Source of the DNA: an uncultured Chitinophaga sp.
GTDB taxonomy: Bacteria > Bacteroidota > Bacteroidia > Chitinophagales > Chitinophagaceae
NCBI GenBank assembly: GCA_964437415.1
Contig: CAYTGN010000015.1
Span: forward strand, 1,890-65,889
Length of the DNA stretch: 64,000 nt
Reading direction: 5' to 3'
The position numbers were made by a program, and so were the translations under genes. The notes beneath the pieces were generated by a model. The model was not told where the DNA came from. It did not search any database and saw only the letters and a list, made by a program, of their open reading frames with translations. Below are positions 40,032-51,076 of the stretch, piece after piece. Position 1 is the stretch's first letter; every line of letters starts with the position of its first letter.

Positions 40032-40604
40032 ATGTTCATAGAACCAAACATAAGGGGCGACCGGAGAGGATGGATAGAAGTGATCTGCGGCTCCATGTTC
40101 AGTGGCAAAACGGAAGAACTCATCCGCCGGCTTAAACGGGTGAAGATAGCCAACCTGAAAGTGGAGATATTCAAACCCGCAGTAGATATACGATATGATG
40201 AAGTAAAGATCGTATCGCATGATACCAATGCCATCCAGTCCACACCTATTGATAATTCACAGAAAATATTATTAATGGCCAATGACGTGGATGTGATCGG
40301 GATTGACGAAGCCCAGTTTTTTGATGAAGAGATCGCCAATGTATGTGATGAACTTGCCTACCGGGGCATCCGGGTTATCGTTGCCGGACTGGATATGGAT
40401 TTTATGGGTAACCCCTTTGGCCAGATGCCCTATATCATGGCCAAGGCAGATTATGTGACCAAACTCCATGCTATCTGTGTAAAATGCGGCAACATTGCCA
40501 ATTATTCCTACCGAAAAATACCCAACGAAGACCAGGTGATGCTCGGGGCCAAAGATGTGTATGAACCACGCTGTCGCCAATGTTATAATGAAAACAAGGA
40601 ATGA
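40032..40604 (+). CDS. tdk: thymidine kinase
   Basis: It has a P-loop ([15 protein letters not shown]), IGIDEAQFF, and zinc-ribbon cysteines (CVKCG...CRQC). The track ORF (39723..) carries an implausible N-terminal extension. An alternative ATG lies at 39996. Confidence 0.85.
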   Translation: MFIEPNIRGDRRGWIEVICGSMFSGKTEELIRRLKRVKIANLKVEIFKPAVDIRYDEVKIVSHDTNAIQSTPIDNSQKILLMANDVDVIGIDEAQFFDEEIANVCDELAYRGIRVIVAGLDMDFMGNPFGQMPYIMAKADYVTKLHAICVKCGNIANYSYRKIPNEDQVMLGAKDVYEPRCRQCYNENKE

Positions 40605-41260
40605 GCAGTCTAAAACACATATATACCCTTTTTAAAAAAGACCTGTTGCTGGAGGTGAGGCAGCAGTACAGCTTTTATGGCATTTTGTTGTATATCGGTT
40701 CAACCATTTTTGTGCTGAATCTTGCCGTCAAAGAACCTGAGGCAAGAGTGTGGAATGGCCTGTTTTGGGTGATACAATTATTCATTTGCATCAATGCCGT
40801 TGCCAAAAGCTTTTTGCAGGAAAGCCGTGGCCGTATGCTCTATTTTTATTCTATTGCCAGCCCCACTGCTTTTGTGCTGGCAAAATTGCTTTTCAATACG
40901 CTGCTGATGCTGGTGATGAGTTTATTGAGCTTGTTATTGTTCAGCATGTTTTTGGGTGTGCCTGAATTTCAAAAAACCCTTCAGTTCATCGGGCTGGTGA
41001 TACTCGGCGGGTGGAGTCTTAGTTTAGTTTTTACTTTTTTAGCTGCTATTGCCGCCAAAGCACAGCAAAATGCAGCTATCATGGCTGTCTTAGGGTTTCC
41101 GCTTATTGTGCCGCAGTTGTTATTGCTGATGCAACTCTCGAATATTGCCTTTGCCCCTTTGCTTGCTATTCCTGCCGGAACAGTATTGCTGCTTGCTGCA
41201 CTGGACGGGCTGGTCATCCTGCTGGCTATTATCCTGTTTCCTTTTTTATGGAGAGACTGA
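40601..41260 (+). CDS. ccmB: heme exporter protein CcmB-like ABC permease
   Basis: 219 aa with six hydrophobic segments and a CcmB-like N-terminus ([12 protein letters not shown]). Its ATG overlaps the tdk stop (ATGA). Confidence 0.7.
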   Translation: MSSLKHIYTLFKKDLLLEVRQQYSFYGILLYIGSTIFVLNLAVKEPEARVWNGLFWVIQLFICINAVAKSFLQESRGRMLYFYSIASPTAFVLAKLLFNTLLMLVMSLLSLLLFSMFLGVPEFQKTLQFIGLVILGGWSLSLVFTFLAAIAAKAQQNAAIMAVLGFPLIVPQLLLLMQLSNIAFAPLLAIPAGTVLLLAALDGLVILLAIILFPFLWRD

Positions 41261-41386
41261 CAGGAATACTCCTCCTCTTGCAATAACAAATACTATCATC
41301 CGATATTCCCCGTACTTCTGTTTGATATTCATATTTACCCTTATTTTTGCTCCACTTTAGCCGATTGCAGCTCACATTGACCTCCA

Positions 41387-42103
41387 ATGGCAGACGAAAA
41401 AAACTATATGTACAAGTCCTGGTGGAAGATCCTAAGTGTAGTCTTGCTGGTTTATACCTTCACTGCCGGTTTGTTGTTAAAAGTTCCCCGGGACAGGGAA
41501 TTGGGCGAAACGATCAGGAACCTTTTCTTTCATGTTTGCATGTGGTTTGCAATGATGATACTGTTCATCCTGTCGGTCATCCATGCCATAAAATATTTAC
41601 GGAACAATAACCTGAAACATGATATTGCTTCAAGACAATATGCCGGCACCGGTATCTTACTGGGCCTTCTCGGCTACGCAACCGGTGCCATCTGGATGAG
41701 CTATACCTGGGCCGACCCCAATGTTTCTCCATTCAATTCCTTCAGCCTGATAGCAAGTGAACCAAAGCTGATAGGCGCTGCCGTTGCATTACTTATTTAT
41801 GCCGCTTACATGGTGCTTCGCCAATCCATCACAGATATGGACAAACGGGCAAAGGTCAGCGCAGTTTATAACATCTTTGCATTTGCTATGCTGTTTCCGT
41901 CCATCTGGATCGTTCCCAGGATGTTGCCAAGCCTGCACCCTGGTGGCAGCGAAGGAAACCCGGCGCTGAATTTTAAAGATGCCTCCATGATCATGCGGAT
42001 GGTTTTCTACCCTGCCATTGCAGGATGGACCTTGCTCGCAGTCTGGATCACCACACTGAAAATACGTTTACATTTATTGAAAGAAAAAAAGATGATGTCA
42101 TGA
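41387..42103 (+). CDS. ccmC: CcmC-like heme-handling membrane protein
   Basis: 238 aa. It has an FFHV histidine in TM2, a Trp-rich external loop (GAIWMSYTWADP) and a second histidine (PSLHPGG). Confidence 0.7.
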   Translation: MADEKNYMYKSWWKILSVVLLVYTFTAGLLLKVPRDRELGETIRNLFFHVCMWFAMMILFILSVIHAIKYLRNNNLKHDIASRQYAGTGILLGLLGYATGAIWMSYTWADPNVSPFNSFSLIASEPKLIGAAVALLIYAAYMVLRQSITDMDKRAKVSAVYNIFAFAMLFPSIWIVPRMLPSLHPGGSEGNPALNFKDASMIMRMVFYPAIAGWTLLAVWITTLKIRLHLLKEKKMMS

Positions 42104-42315
42104 AGTTTTTGAAAAAAATATTATTGCTGTTGCCGCTGCTACTGACCATACTGCCGGGCATTGCTCAAAATGGTCAAACAGAAATGGCCGACCTGATGCG
42201 CAGCAACGGGAGGATTTATGTGGTGGTGGCCGTGATGCTGACAATCCTCGCCGGTCTTGTATTATACCTGGTACGTTTAGATAAAAAAATAAGCCGGTTA
42301 GAAAAAGAAAACTGA
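42100..42315 (+). CDS. CcmD-like small membrane protein
   Basis: 71 aa from the internal ATG, which overlaps the ccmC stop (ATGA). It has a signal-like N-terminus and a single TM (RIYVVVAVMLTILAGLVLYLV). Confidence 0.6.
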   Translation: MKFLKKILLLLPLLLTILPGIAQNGQTEMADLMRSNGRIYVVVAVMLTILAGLVLYLVRLDKKISRLEKEN

Positions 42316-42407
42316 CCCTGCTGATGATCCCGGTAAAAGAAGGTATTATTCGTTTGCCATTTGACTTGAGCATTTAAAACGATTGCTATAACATTAAAAC
42401 AGAATTC

Positions 42408-43823
42408 ATGTCAGACAATTACAGTTTTTTCGGCGCTGTAGAGAGAAGCTTCGATATAGCCGCCAAATTCACCAAATGGGATAAAGGTATCCTTGATCAG
42501 ATAAAAGCCTGCAACGCTGTTTACCGGATGAGATTTCCCCTGAAAAGGGATGATGGCACTGTGGAAGTGATCGAGGCATACCGGGTGCAGCACTCTCACC
42601 ACAAAACACCCTGCAAAGGCGGTATCCGCTTTGCAGCAGAAGTGAACCAGGATGAAGTGATGGCACTTGCTGCATTGATGACCTACAAATGTGCAATTGT
42701 GAACGTCCCGTTTGGGGGTGGCAAAGGCGGCATCAAGATCAATCCCAAAAAATATTCTCCTTACGAATTAGAAAAGATCACCCGTCGCTATACTGCCGAA
42801 CTGATCAAGAAAAATTTCATCGGCCCCGGCACCGATGTTCCTGCTCCTGACTACGGAACAGGTGAAAGAGAAATGGCCTGGATACTGGACACCTATACAG
42901 CCATGCACCCTGGAGAAATTGATGCTGCAGGTTGCGTTACAGGCAAACCCGTTACCCAGGGTGGTGTTCGTGGTCGTCGCGAAGCAACCGGTTTGGGAGT
43001 GTTCTTTGGTCTTCGTGAAGTATGCAACATGCCTGAAGCAATGAAAAAACTGGGTCTTACCACAGGAGTTGAGGGCAAAAAAGTAGCCGTTCAGGGCCTA
43101 GGGAATGTGGGTTACCATAGTGCCAAATTCTTCCAGGATGCGGGTGCTATTATTGTTGGGTTATCAGAACATGATGGCGGCATTTACAATGATAAAGGAT
43201 TGGATGTGGATGATGTGTTCAGTTTCCGGAAGAAAACCGGAACCATTTTGAACTATCCCGGGGCCAGCAATTTTGCGCAAAAAGAAGACCTGCTGGAAAT
43301 GGAATGTGACATCCTCATTCCTGCCGCATTGGAAAATGTGATTGATGGCAACAATGCACAGAGAGTAAAGGCAAAGATCATTGGTGAAGCGGCCAACGGG
43401 CCACTCACACCGGAAGCAGATGAGATACTGACTAATAGAGGAATACTGGTGGTTCCTGATATGTACCTGAATGCTGGCGGCGTTACGGTTTCTTATTTTG
43501 AGTGGTTAAAAAACCTGAGCCATGTCCGCTATGGCCGTTTGGAAAAACGTTTTACAGAAAACCTCAATTCTCATATTCTCTCCACCATGGAAGAACTGAG
43601 TGGAAAAAAAGTAAGAGAATCAGAAAAGGAATTCATCGTGCATGGCCCTGATGAAGTGGACCTCGTGTATAGCGGGCTGGAAGAAACGATGATCACCGCC
43701 ACCCATGAGATCATGAATGCATGGAAAGCCAATCCTGACATTCCTGATATGCGTACAGCAGCTTATGTGGTTGCAATTAATAAGGTTGGAACCAGCTATG
43801 CGGAGTTGGGTATTTTCCCATAA
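42408..43823 (+). CDS. gdh: Glu/Leu/Phe/Val-family (glutamate) dehydrogenase
   Basis: 471 aa. Catalytic-lysine region: KGGIRF...VPFGGGKGGI. NAD-binding region: VQGLGNVG. Confidence 0.85.
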   Translation: MSDNYSFFGAVERSFDIAAKFTKWDKGILDQIKACNAVYRMRFPLKRDDGTVEVIEAYRVQHSHHKTPCKGGIRFAAEVNQDEVMALAALMTYKCAIVNVPFGGGKGGIKINPKKYSPYELEKITRRYTAELIKKNFIGPGTDVPAPDYGTGEREMAWILDTYTAMHPGEIDAAGCVTGKPVTQGGVRGRREATGLGVFFGLREVCNMPEAMKKLGLTTGVEGKKVAVQGLGNVGYHSAKFFQDAGAIIVGLSEHDGGIYNDKGLDVDDVFSFRKKTGTILNYPGASNFAQKEDLLEMECDILIPAALENVIDGNNAQRVKAKIIGEAANGPLTPEADEILTNRGILVVPDMYLNAGGVTVSYFEWLKNLSHVRYGRLEKRFTENLNSHILSTMEELSGKKVRESEKEFIVHGPDEVDLVYSGLEETMITATHEIMNAWKANPDIPDMRTAAYVVAINKVGTSYAELGIFP

Positions 43824-43864
43824 ATATTTTAATCGCAGCAAAAAACCAATTGCTTATATCAAAA

Positions 43865-43893
43865 ACCTGTTCAATCGCTGAACGGGTTTTTTT
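43865..43893 (+). terminator. Rho-independent terminator after gdh
   Basis: ACCTGTTCA-ATCGC-TGAACGGGT followed by TTTTTT. Confidence 0.65.
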
Positions 43894-43895
43894 GT

Positions 43896-44333
43896 TTACG
43901 GCATCGCCGGTAATTCTGTGATGAGGACAAGGTCATTTTTTATCTTCTCCCAGCCAAAAGTGAAATGCCCGTTGGTGATAATAATAAAACTGACCGGCAA
44001 CCCAAGATGATAACGCAGCGCCTGCTGCAGCACAGCATCATCCAATGTCACTGCTGAGGCCTTACATTCGATCATCATCCACGGCTGATGATCGCTGCTA
44101 TAAACCAGCACATCAAATCGTTTATTTAATTCACCCAGCTTTATTTCTTTTTCAACAGCGACCAGCGATGCCGGATATTGCATCACCTGCACCATGTATT
44201 GAATAAAATTCTGCCGCACCCACTCTTCGGGTGTAAGCATCAGCCATTTTTTCCGCAATTCATCAAAAATGAAATCTTTTCCATTTTCCTTCCTGATACG
44301 AAAAGCCGGTTCGGGATATTCAATCTTTATCAT
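43896..44333 (-). CDS. HsdR-N-terminal-domain-like (PD-(D/E)xK fold) small protein
   Basis: 145 aa. It has TPEEWVRQNF and DVLVYSSDHQPWMMIECKA (D...ExK), as in HSDR_N_2-type proteins. Confidence 0.65.
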   Translation of the reverse strand: MIKIEYPEPAFRIRKENGKDFIFDELRKKWLMLTPEEWVRQNFIQYMVQVMQYPASLVAVEKEIKLGELNKRFDVLVYSSDHQPWMMIECKASAVTLDDAVLQQALRYHLGLPVSFIIITNGHFTFGWEKIKNDLVLITELPAMP

Positions 44334-44381
44334 CAGTCCAAAAATAAAGATTTAAATTAGCCCAATTTAATTTGATGAATC

Positions 44382-45152
44382 ATGAAGACGAAAGAAGAAA
44401 TCGTGCAAAACTGGCTGCCCCGTTACACAGGGGAGTCGCTGGAGAATTTTGGAAAGTATATACTTCTCACCAACTTCAGTAACTATGTAAACCTTTTTGC
44501 CGAATGGAATAATGTTCCGGTGATAGGTGAAGGACGACCCATGCAATGCGCCACTGCCGATAATATCAGCATCATCAATTTTGGCATGGGCAGCCCCACA
44601 GCAGCCACGATCATGGACCTGCTCTCGGCTATTGAACCAAAAGCAGCCCTTTTCCTTGGAAAATGCGGGGGGTTGAAAAAAAGAAACAAAATAGGCGACC
44701 TTATACTCCCTATCGCTGCTATCAAAGGTGAAGGAACTTCCAACGACTACTTCCCTGCGGAAGTGCCGGCGTTGCCCGCCTTTGCTTTGCAAAAAGCGGT
44801 TTCCACAACTATCCGGGATTATGAAGTGGATTACTGGACAGGCACCGTTTACACCACCAACCGCCGAGTGTGGGAGCATGATGAACAGTTCAAGGAATAT
44901 CTTTTACAAATAAGGGCTTATGCCATTGATATGGAAACGGCTACCATTTTTAGCGTAGGTTTTTATAATAAAATACCCACCGGCGCCTTATTGCTGGTGA
45001 GTGATCAGCCTATGATTCCCGACGGTGTGAAAACAGAAGAAAGCGATAAAAAAGTTACGGCAAATTTTGTGGAAACACATTTGAAAATAGGAATTGATTC
45101 TCTCAAACAACTGATCAACGAAGGAGCAACGGTGCGGCATTTGAAATTTTGA
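44382..45152 (+). CDS. nucleoside phosphorylase-fold protein (short AMP nucleosidase-like)
   Basis: 256 aa. PNP_UDP_1-like blocks: INFGMGSPTAA, GKCGGL, YAIDMETATIF. Confidence 0.65.
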   Translation: MKTKEEIVQNWLPRYTGESLENFGKYILLTNFSNYVNLFAEWNNVPVIGEGRPMQCATADNISIINFGMGSPTAATIMDLLSAIEPKAALFLGKCGGLKKRNKIGDLILPIAAIKGEGTSNDYFPAEVPALPAFALQKAVSTTIRDYEVDYWTGTVYTTNRRVWEHDEQFKEYLLQIRAYAIDMETATIFSVGFYNKIPTGALLLVSDQPMIPDGVKTEESDKKVTANFVETHLKIGIDSLKQLINEGATVRHLKF

Positions 45153-45174
45153 ATCCCGGAAATAATAATAACCA

Positions 45175-46893
45175 TTGCTACCCCTGCTGCATATAAAAGA
45201 CCTTTCCGTTGATTTCATCTCCGGCGCCGAAGTGAACCCCGCTTTAAAAAAGGTATCACTTTCTGTAAACCGTGGCGAGATCACAGCAATCGTCGGTGAA
45301 TCAGGATCGGGCAAGTCGGTAACTTCCCTTTCTGTTCTTCAGTTGCTGCCTTCTCCACCAGCAAAATATGCTGAGGGAGAGATACTTTTTTCTGAAAATG
45401 GGATAGAAGTAGTTGATCTTTTAAAAAAACAACAACATTCGCTGCAAAATATCCGTGGCAACAAGATCGCCATGATCTTCCAGGAGCCAATGACATCGCT
45501 GAACCCTGTGCTTACCTGCGGCGACCAGGTGATGGAAGCCTTGCTGCTCCATAAAAAGATCTCCCCGCGGCAGGCAAAACAAAGAACCATTGAATGGTTT
45601 CAGAAAGCGAAACTGCCCAACCCGGAAGCAGTGTTCAAGCGTTATCCCCACCAGCTAAGCGGCGGACAAAAGCAAAGGGTGATGATTGCTATGGCCATGT
45701 GCTGCGAACCTTCATTGCTGATCTGTGATGAACCTACCACTGCGCTGGATGTAACAGTACAGAAAACAATTCTGACACTTATCAAAGAATTGCAGCAGCA
45801 ATCAAACATGGGTGTCATCTTTATCACACACGATCTGGGAGTGGTGGCGGAAATAGCCGATCATGCAGTTGTGATGTATAAGGGAGAGATCGTGGAGCAA
45901 AATACCGTAAAACAAATTTTTTCAGATCCCCGGCATCCTTACACAAAAGCATTACTTGCATGCCGGCCTGTTAATCACCGGCGGGGTGAAAGATTACCGG
46001 TAGTGAGTGATTTTTTAGAACAACCTGCCGTCATGAGACAACAGCCCGCATCAACTGTTTCACAACAGCCGCATACAACAGGGCCACAAAAAGAAAACAA
46101 GGTGTTATTGTCTGTCAAAAATCTCTCGGTATGGTTCCCTGTGAGAAAAACATTTTTGGGAAAACCGCTTGATTTCACCAAAGCAGTTGATAATGTAAGT
46201 TTTGAACTTTATAAAGGTGAGACATTGGGACTGGTGGGTGAAAGCGGTTGTGGCAAAACCACGTTGGGCAGGGCATTGTTGCGACTGATAGAACCTACTG
46301 GCGGTGCTATTACTTATAATGGCATTGACCTGACAGCAAAAAAAAGAGATGAACTGAGGGAGTTGAGAAAAGATATCCAGATCATTTTCCAGGATCCTTA
46401 CTCTTCCCTGAATCCAAGACTCACAATCGGCTCTGCAATTGCAGAACCTTTGAAAGTACATGGCTTACTTGCAAATGAAAAAGAAAGAAAAGACAAAGTG
46501 ACCGAACTGCTGGAGAAAGTGAATCTGAAAGCAGAACATTTCAACCGCTACCCACATGAATTCAGCGGAGGTCAGCGGCAGCGCATTGTGATCGCAAGGG
46601 CCCTTGCCCTTGACCCTTCTTTTATTGTTTGCGATGAATCCGTATCAGCGCTGGATGTGAGTGTGCAGGCACAAGTACTGAACCTGCTCAATGACCTGAA
46701 AAAAGAATTTGGGTTCAGCATCATTTTCATTTCGCATGACCTGTCGGTGGTGCGATATATCAGTGACCGCATCATGGTGATGAACAAAGGAAAAATAGAA
46801 GAAAGCGGCGATGCAGATACCGTTTATTTCACCCCAAGCTCTTCTTATACACGACAACTTATCGCATCCATTCCAAAAGGAATTATTGCTTAA
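45175..46893 (+). CDS. ABC transporter ATP-binding protein with two fused NBDs (Dpp/Opp D-F type)
   Basis: 572 aa with a TTG start. It has two Walker A motifs (GESGSGKS, GESGCGKT) and two signature motifs (LSGGQKQR, FSGGQRQR). Confidence 0.85.
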   Translation: MLPLLHIKDLSVDFISGAEVNPALKKVSLSVNRGEITAIVGESGSGKSVTSLSVLQLLPSPPAKYAEGEILFSENGIEVVDLLKKQQHSLQNIRGNKIAMIFQEPMTSLNPVLTCGDQVMEALLLHKKISPRQAKQRTIEWFQKAKLPNPEAVFKRYPHQLSGGQKQRVMIAMAMCCEPSLLICDEPTTALDVTVQKTILTLIKELQQQSNMGVIFITHDLGVVAEIADHAVVMYKGEIVEQNTVKQIFSDPRHPYTKALLACRPVNHRRGERLPVVSDFLEQPAVMRQQPASTVSQQPHTTGPQKENKVLLSVKNLSVWFPVRKTFLGKPLDFTKAVDNVSFELYKGETLGLVGESGCGKTTLGRALLRLIEPTGGAITYNGIDLTAKKRDELRELRKDIQIIFQDPYSSLNPRLTIGSAIAEPLKVHGLLANEKERKDKVTELLEKVNLKAEHFNRYPHEFSGGQRQRIVIARALALDPSFIVCDESVSALDVSVQAQVLNLLNDLKKEFGFSIIFISHDLSVVRYISDRIMVMNKGKIEESGDADTVYFTPSSSYTRQLIASIPKGIIA

Positions 46894-49800
46894 TCGCCAA
46901 ATTCTATTTGCGACCCGAAATAATCAAAACGGTCATAGTCGCCATCCTGGTAAAAATTTTTCCCGCTTTTGCGTAGCGAATACAACTTTTTCTTTAACTC
47001 TTTTTCCAATTGTGGCTTCAGCGGTTCGTCATCTTTGATCTTGCTGTCAATAAAACCGCTGAAGTCATGATGTCCTTCGCTGCTAAAAGATGAAAGAACC
47101 AACCCGGGTATTCTCAAAATATTGCCTGTTTTTTCTCCATCAAACTCAAACTGCTTTTCATTCTGAGGTACAAGCCCCACTACGGCAAGCTTCCAGGTCA
47201 CATCATCTTTTTTATTCCTGTATTTATAGAAATATACAAAGCCTTTCTTTCCTTTCACTTCCGCAGGCAGGCGGTCCACATAAGCTAATGTATCAGGTTT
47301 GCCATACACTTTTGATGCCAGCAGTTTGCTGCGGCCAAGATCAAGATGGTTATTGTATTTGGCGGGGAAAAGCTCTTGCTTCTTCAAGCTACCGAGATCA
47401 CCGTATAATTCATAACGGTATTCATCCTGCGAAGCAAAGAATTGCAGCAATGAATCATGGTAAGGCCGTTTGTTACGGATCATCAGCATCAGTGTATTAT
47501 ACTTTAGCCGTTTATCATCCGATGCCAGCATTTGCCGGATAACCGGCTGCACTGCAGGCCTGCTGTCCCAATAAGGCAGCAACAAAGTGGCGTACAAACC
47601 CAGGTCATCGTTACCAGTATCTTTTTCGTCGTTATCATAATAAGGCAAGACCGGTTTTTTATCCAGCTTGCTTTCCTCTGCTTTCCTGATGGCCTTTTTC
47701 TTTTCTGCAATCGCCTGCTTCTTCATTTCCTGTTTGGCCTCCAGCAAGAATTTGCTGAAGTACATATCATAATCAGCCGGTTTCACCAGGTTGCTGTCTG
47801 TCATCCGGCCCAACAGCCGCATGATGTCACTTTTATAATCATCCAGGTTCAGCAGTGGCAACAGGTCGGGCAAAATGCTGCGGGTCAGTTGCAATGAATC
47901 ATGGAGTTCATTCAGGAAATTACCATCACTGATCTTTGGAAACAGGTTTCTGAAATTGCCAAACTGCGACAAAGGAGGATACATTGTCCAGCCCCGGCCA
48001 TCCGTTTTGTCAAGCACCGGCGGCTCGGAAGCAATGATCTCACGAAAAACATTGTAGGCATACTGTGCTCGCTGCTGCAACAGGCTCTCCAACGCAGTGT
48101 ATTGTAACTCCACTGTATCACCGGCGGCATAATAAATATCTTTCAGATAGTTGGCAGAGGCTGTAGTGCTGATGTCTGAAAGTTTATGAATCAAAGATTT
48201 CTTTACTTCCAAATATTTCTTCTGCTCCCAGCCAAGGGTCTCAATGGCTTTTTTCAATTGCGGAAGATCGGCTGAATCCAAAAAGATGGTTCGGATGTTT
48301 TTTACAGCTCTTTTTTGCACTGTACTGTCGCTGCTGGCAAGATCGCTGAAGAAAACCGCTGATTTCTTTTCAAACGGGTTCACTCCTTTCAGCGTATCCG
48401 CCGGTTTGAAACTTTCAAAAAATCTGCGGACAAACTCACTGGGCTGGCTCAGTGTATCAGACTGTGTCATCAGCGAAAAACCGATCCCGTCTTTATAATA
48501 ACTCTTGCTGATGATGCTGCGGCTGCTTCCGGTATCTGTCAATACCGTCTCCCATACTTTGGTTTTATCAGCCAGTTCATATTTTTTCCTTTCTCTTACG
48601 ATCCAGTTGCTGTCGCCCAGAAAAGTGAACTCCCTTTCCTTTTCCAAGCGGGTGCTGTCCTTGCTGTAGTGATAGCGGGGCGAACGGAAAAAAGAAACAA
48701 ATATCTTTTCACCTGTGCTGTCATTACTGATAGTCTTGCTGCGAAAGGCGCCGCTTTCCAGCAGGTCTTCTTCCGACTCCTCCTCTTCTTCCTCATCATC
48801 ATAATAACTGAAACGGGGAATATCTAATTTTTCCTTGTTCTCTTCAGGGAAAACAGGCGATTTCACTGAAAAATACAAGGAAGTGTCCACCCTGTCCTTT
48901 GCTTCACGATAAATGAACGGCATTAAGCGGAATGAATCCATAAAGCGCTGCATTTGGGAATGTTCCTTTTTCCCACCCGCTACTATCGTATAATAATGCG
49001 GTCCTTTGATGATGAATCGTGTCATCAATGTCAGCCCGTTCTTTGTTCTGTACCTCGCATCCAGCGAAGGATAACCCTGGTGCTTACCTGTTTTTCGCTG
49101 CAGCAATGTGTCTATAAATTCAGAGGCTGCAAAACTTTCCTGCATCAGCTCCAGGTCGAAACTGTCTTCCTCTGCAAAATGATAGTTGTGAACATCAGAC
49201 CGGATGATGCGGAAAAAAAGACCCGCCGCTTTATCCTCTGCATCGTAAATGCGGCTGCCGTCGTTGCCGTTGTAAGGTTCATGCGGCAACCCGGCGCTGA
49301 AACCACCATACACAGGTGAATATTTTATCCAGCCATTAGCAGTTGCAGCAGCCGGTATAATTTCTTTCAATTGAATGCTGCCAAAAAAACGTTTGGCCTC
49401 ATCGCCGTTTCTCACATATTCACCCGTGCCGCTCATTTTAAAAAAGATGATCTCAAACGGTGTGATGAAAATATGATAACGCTGAATATCGCCGCGGCGG
49501 GTTCTGTTGGTGATATCAAACCCATTGTAGCCATTGCGGCTGATCTTTGTTTTATTTAAAATGCGGCCGGGGATATTCTCATAGAGCAGGCTGTCTATTT
49601 TTTTATATACATCCTCAGTGTTGTGGGCCCAAAGCCAGGCATTGGTCATGATGCGGGTCACCATGTAATAGCTGCCATTGGCCATGTCGGCATACTGACG
49701 CTGATCCAATGCTTCATCATCGCCAAACTTGTAGAACTTGCCGGGAATATCCACTATGAAGAAACCATCTTCCGCTGCTTCCGGTTGAAATGTTACCGGC

Positions 49801-50741
49801 ACTCTTATTTTTTCCACCAGGTCTTTGTGGCGGCTGTCTCTTTCACCCATCATCACGGGCCGTAGTTTATAACCTTTATCCCTCAGCATTTCAATCACTC
49901 CCCTGTTACCGGGCAAGTGCGCCGCACCCACACCCACAAACAACGAAACTTTTGTTTTCAAAATGGAATCAATTGAGTTGGCCTGTATCTCATTTCGCTT
50001 ATACATGAACTTTTCATCAAAGGCATCCGAGAAACTGTTCAGCTTGTTGATGGAGTCCAGTTGGTCCAGGTTGCCCTTGCGGTAAGCCTCCTGCAGTTTG
50101 GCAATAGAATAATCCTCATCCACATCATAACTTCTCTCTTTTTTGTTCTTATCCTTTGCTGCATCCTTATAGGCCTCCTGCATCAGCCGCATACTTTCGG
50201 CATAGCTCTCCACCCCTGCCACTTTCTTGCCCCATTTTTTACCACACTGGTAGATATACATATCCAGGTAAGTGTCCTCTTCAAAATCGCTGGCATTGTT
50301 GCCATATGAACGATAAAGCAGGTTGTTGATGGTGGAAGGGTTGCTGTAGAGGGAACGTTCTATCTTTTTATCGTACTTGTAAAACTTCAGGGTGTTGATG
50401 GTGAAATAATCATCGGGCACAGCCATGTAGCCGGCAAAACGGTTGCCGGAAGCCATGTAATTTTCGCCACCAAAATCAAATTTGCTCATATCCTCCTGCC
50501 AGCTTTCGGGGTTGGTCTCCAGTGCCACCACATCGGCATTGCGGATGCCGAGATAAAAAGAATCGGAAAGGTTGAAAGCGATCTTGCTGCTGACATGCAT
50601 GGTGCCAAACAAGTAAGAAGGTTTTTTGAGCCCGTTGCCGCTGATCTCCCATAACAGGCTGGGATATTTTTTGGGCCCGGGCTTTTGGGCCATGTTAAAA
50701 TGAGGAAGGAAAAGCAACAACAAGATAAGGGGCTTCTTCAT
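46890..50741 (-). CDS. large secreted TraB/GumN-family protein
   Basis: 1283 aa with a signal peptide. It has an N-terminal TraB/GumN motif ([12 protein letters not shown] ... GAAHLPG) and an internal acidic tract ([15 protein letters not shown]). Confidence 0.75.
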   Translation of the reverse strand: MKKPLILLLLFLPHFNMAQKPGPKKYPSLLWEISGNGLKKPSYLFGTMHVSSKIAFNLSDSFYLGIRNADVVALETNPESWQEDMSKFDFGGENYMASGNRFAGYMAVPDDYFTINTLKFYKYDKKIERSLYSNPSTINNLLYRSYGNNASDFEEDTYLDMYIYQCGKKWGKKVAGVESYAESMRLMQEAYKDAAKDKNKKERSYDVDEDYSIAKLQEAYRKGNLDQLDSINKLNSFSDAFDEKFMYKRNEIQANSIDSILKTKVSLFVGVGAAHLPGNRGVIEMLRDKGYKLRPVMMGERDSRHKDLVEKIRVPVTFQPEAAEDGFFIVDIPGKFYKFGDDEALDQRQYADMANGSYYMVTRIMTNAWLWAHNTEDVYKKIDSLLYENIPGRILNKTKISRNGYNGFDITNRTRRGDIQRYHIFITPFEIIFFKMSGTGEYVRNGDEAKRFFGSIQLKEIIPAAATANGWIKYSPVYGGFSAGLPHEPYNGNDGSRIYDAEDKAAGLFFRIIRSDVHNYHFAEEDSFDLELMQESFAASEFIDTLLQRKTGKHQGYPSLDARYRTKNGLTLMTRFIIKGPHYYTIVAGGKKEHSQMQRFMDSFRLMPFIYREAKDRVDTSLYFSVKSPVFPEENKEKLDIPRFSYYDDEEEEEESEEDLLESGAFRSKTISNDSTGEKIFVSFFRSPRYHYSKDSTRLEKEREFTFLGDSNWIVRERKKYELADKTKVWETVLTDTGSSRSIISKSYYKDGIGFSLMTQSDTLSQPSEFVRRFFESFKPADTLKGVNPFEKKSAVFFSDLASSDSTVQKRAVKNIRTIFLDSADLPQLKKAIETLGWEQKKYLEVKKSLIHKLSDISTTASANYLKDIYYAAGDTVELQYTALESLLQQRAQYAYNVFREIIASEPPVLDKTDGRGWTMYPPLSQFGNFRNLFPKISDGNFLNELHDSLQLTRSILPDLLPLLNLDDYKSDIMRLLGRMTDSNLVKPADYDMYFSKFLLEAKQEMKKQAIAEKKKAIRKAEESKLDKKPVLPYYDNDEKDTGNDDLGLYATLLLPYWDSRPAVQPVIRQMLASDDKRLKYNTLMLMIRNKRPYHDSLLQFFASQDEYRYELYGDLGSLKKQELFPAKYNNHLDLGRSKLLASKVYGKPDTLAYVDRLPAEVKGKKGFVYFYKYRNKKDDVTWKLAVVGLVPQNEKQFEFDGEKTGNILRIPGLVLSSFSSEGHHDFSGFIDSKIKDDEPLKPQLEKELKKKLYSLRKSGKNFYQDGDYDRFDYFGSQIEFGD

Positions 50742-51076
50742 GCGGGCTGGGAGATTTGATGATGAACAAATTTAAGATGCAGGCTGTCAATAAAACCCAT
50801 AAAATTATTTTGAAAATCAATTCATTGAAATACCCTCTTTCACTTAGCCGGTCCCGGGCTGCCCTCCGGTGCCTGTCGCTTAAAAGAATGTGCAAAATAA
50901 AACGGGATTTTGCTGTTGAAAAGTGTACCTTCGCCGCCTTTAAAAGTCATCAGGTTGAACAAACCCGGCGCCGTAAGGCCGGACTTGTCCCGACCCCGTC
51001 GGGATTTGGATCATCCCCACCCGGCTTCCCGCCACTGGTTTGTGTCCTGCGACTTCTGAATAAACCCATAACACTT

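Noticed and set aside
50950-51050. A possible cobalamin riboswitch, because of a GCCACTG string on the plus strand and GGGAAGCCGGGTG...AAATCCCG on the minus strand.
   Set aside because: The conserved core and B12-box order and spacing do not fit on either strand. Neither flanking gene (queA, TraB/GumN) is a plausible B12-regulated target. I kept it only as an unexplained structured block.
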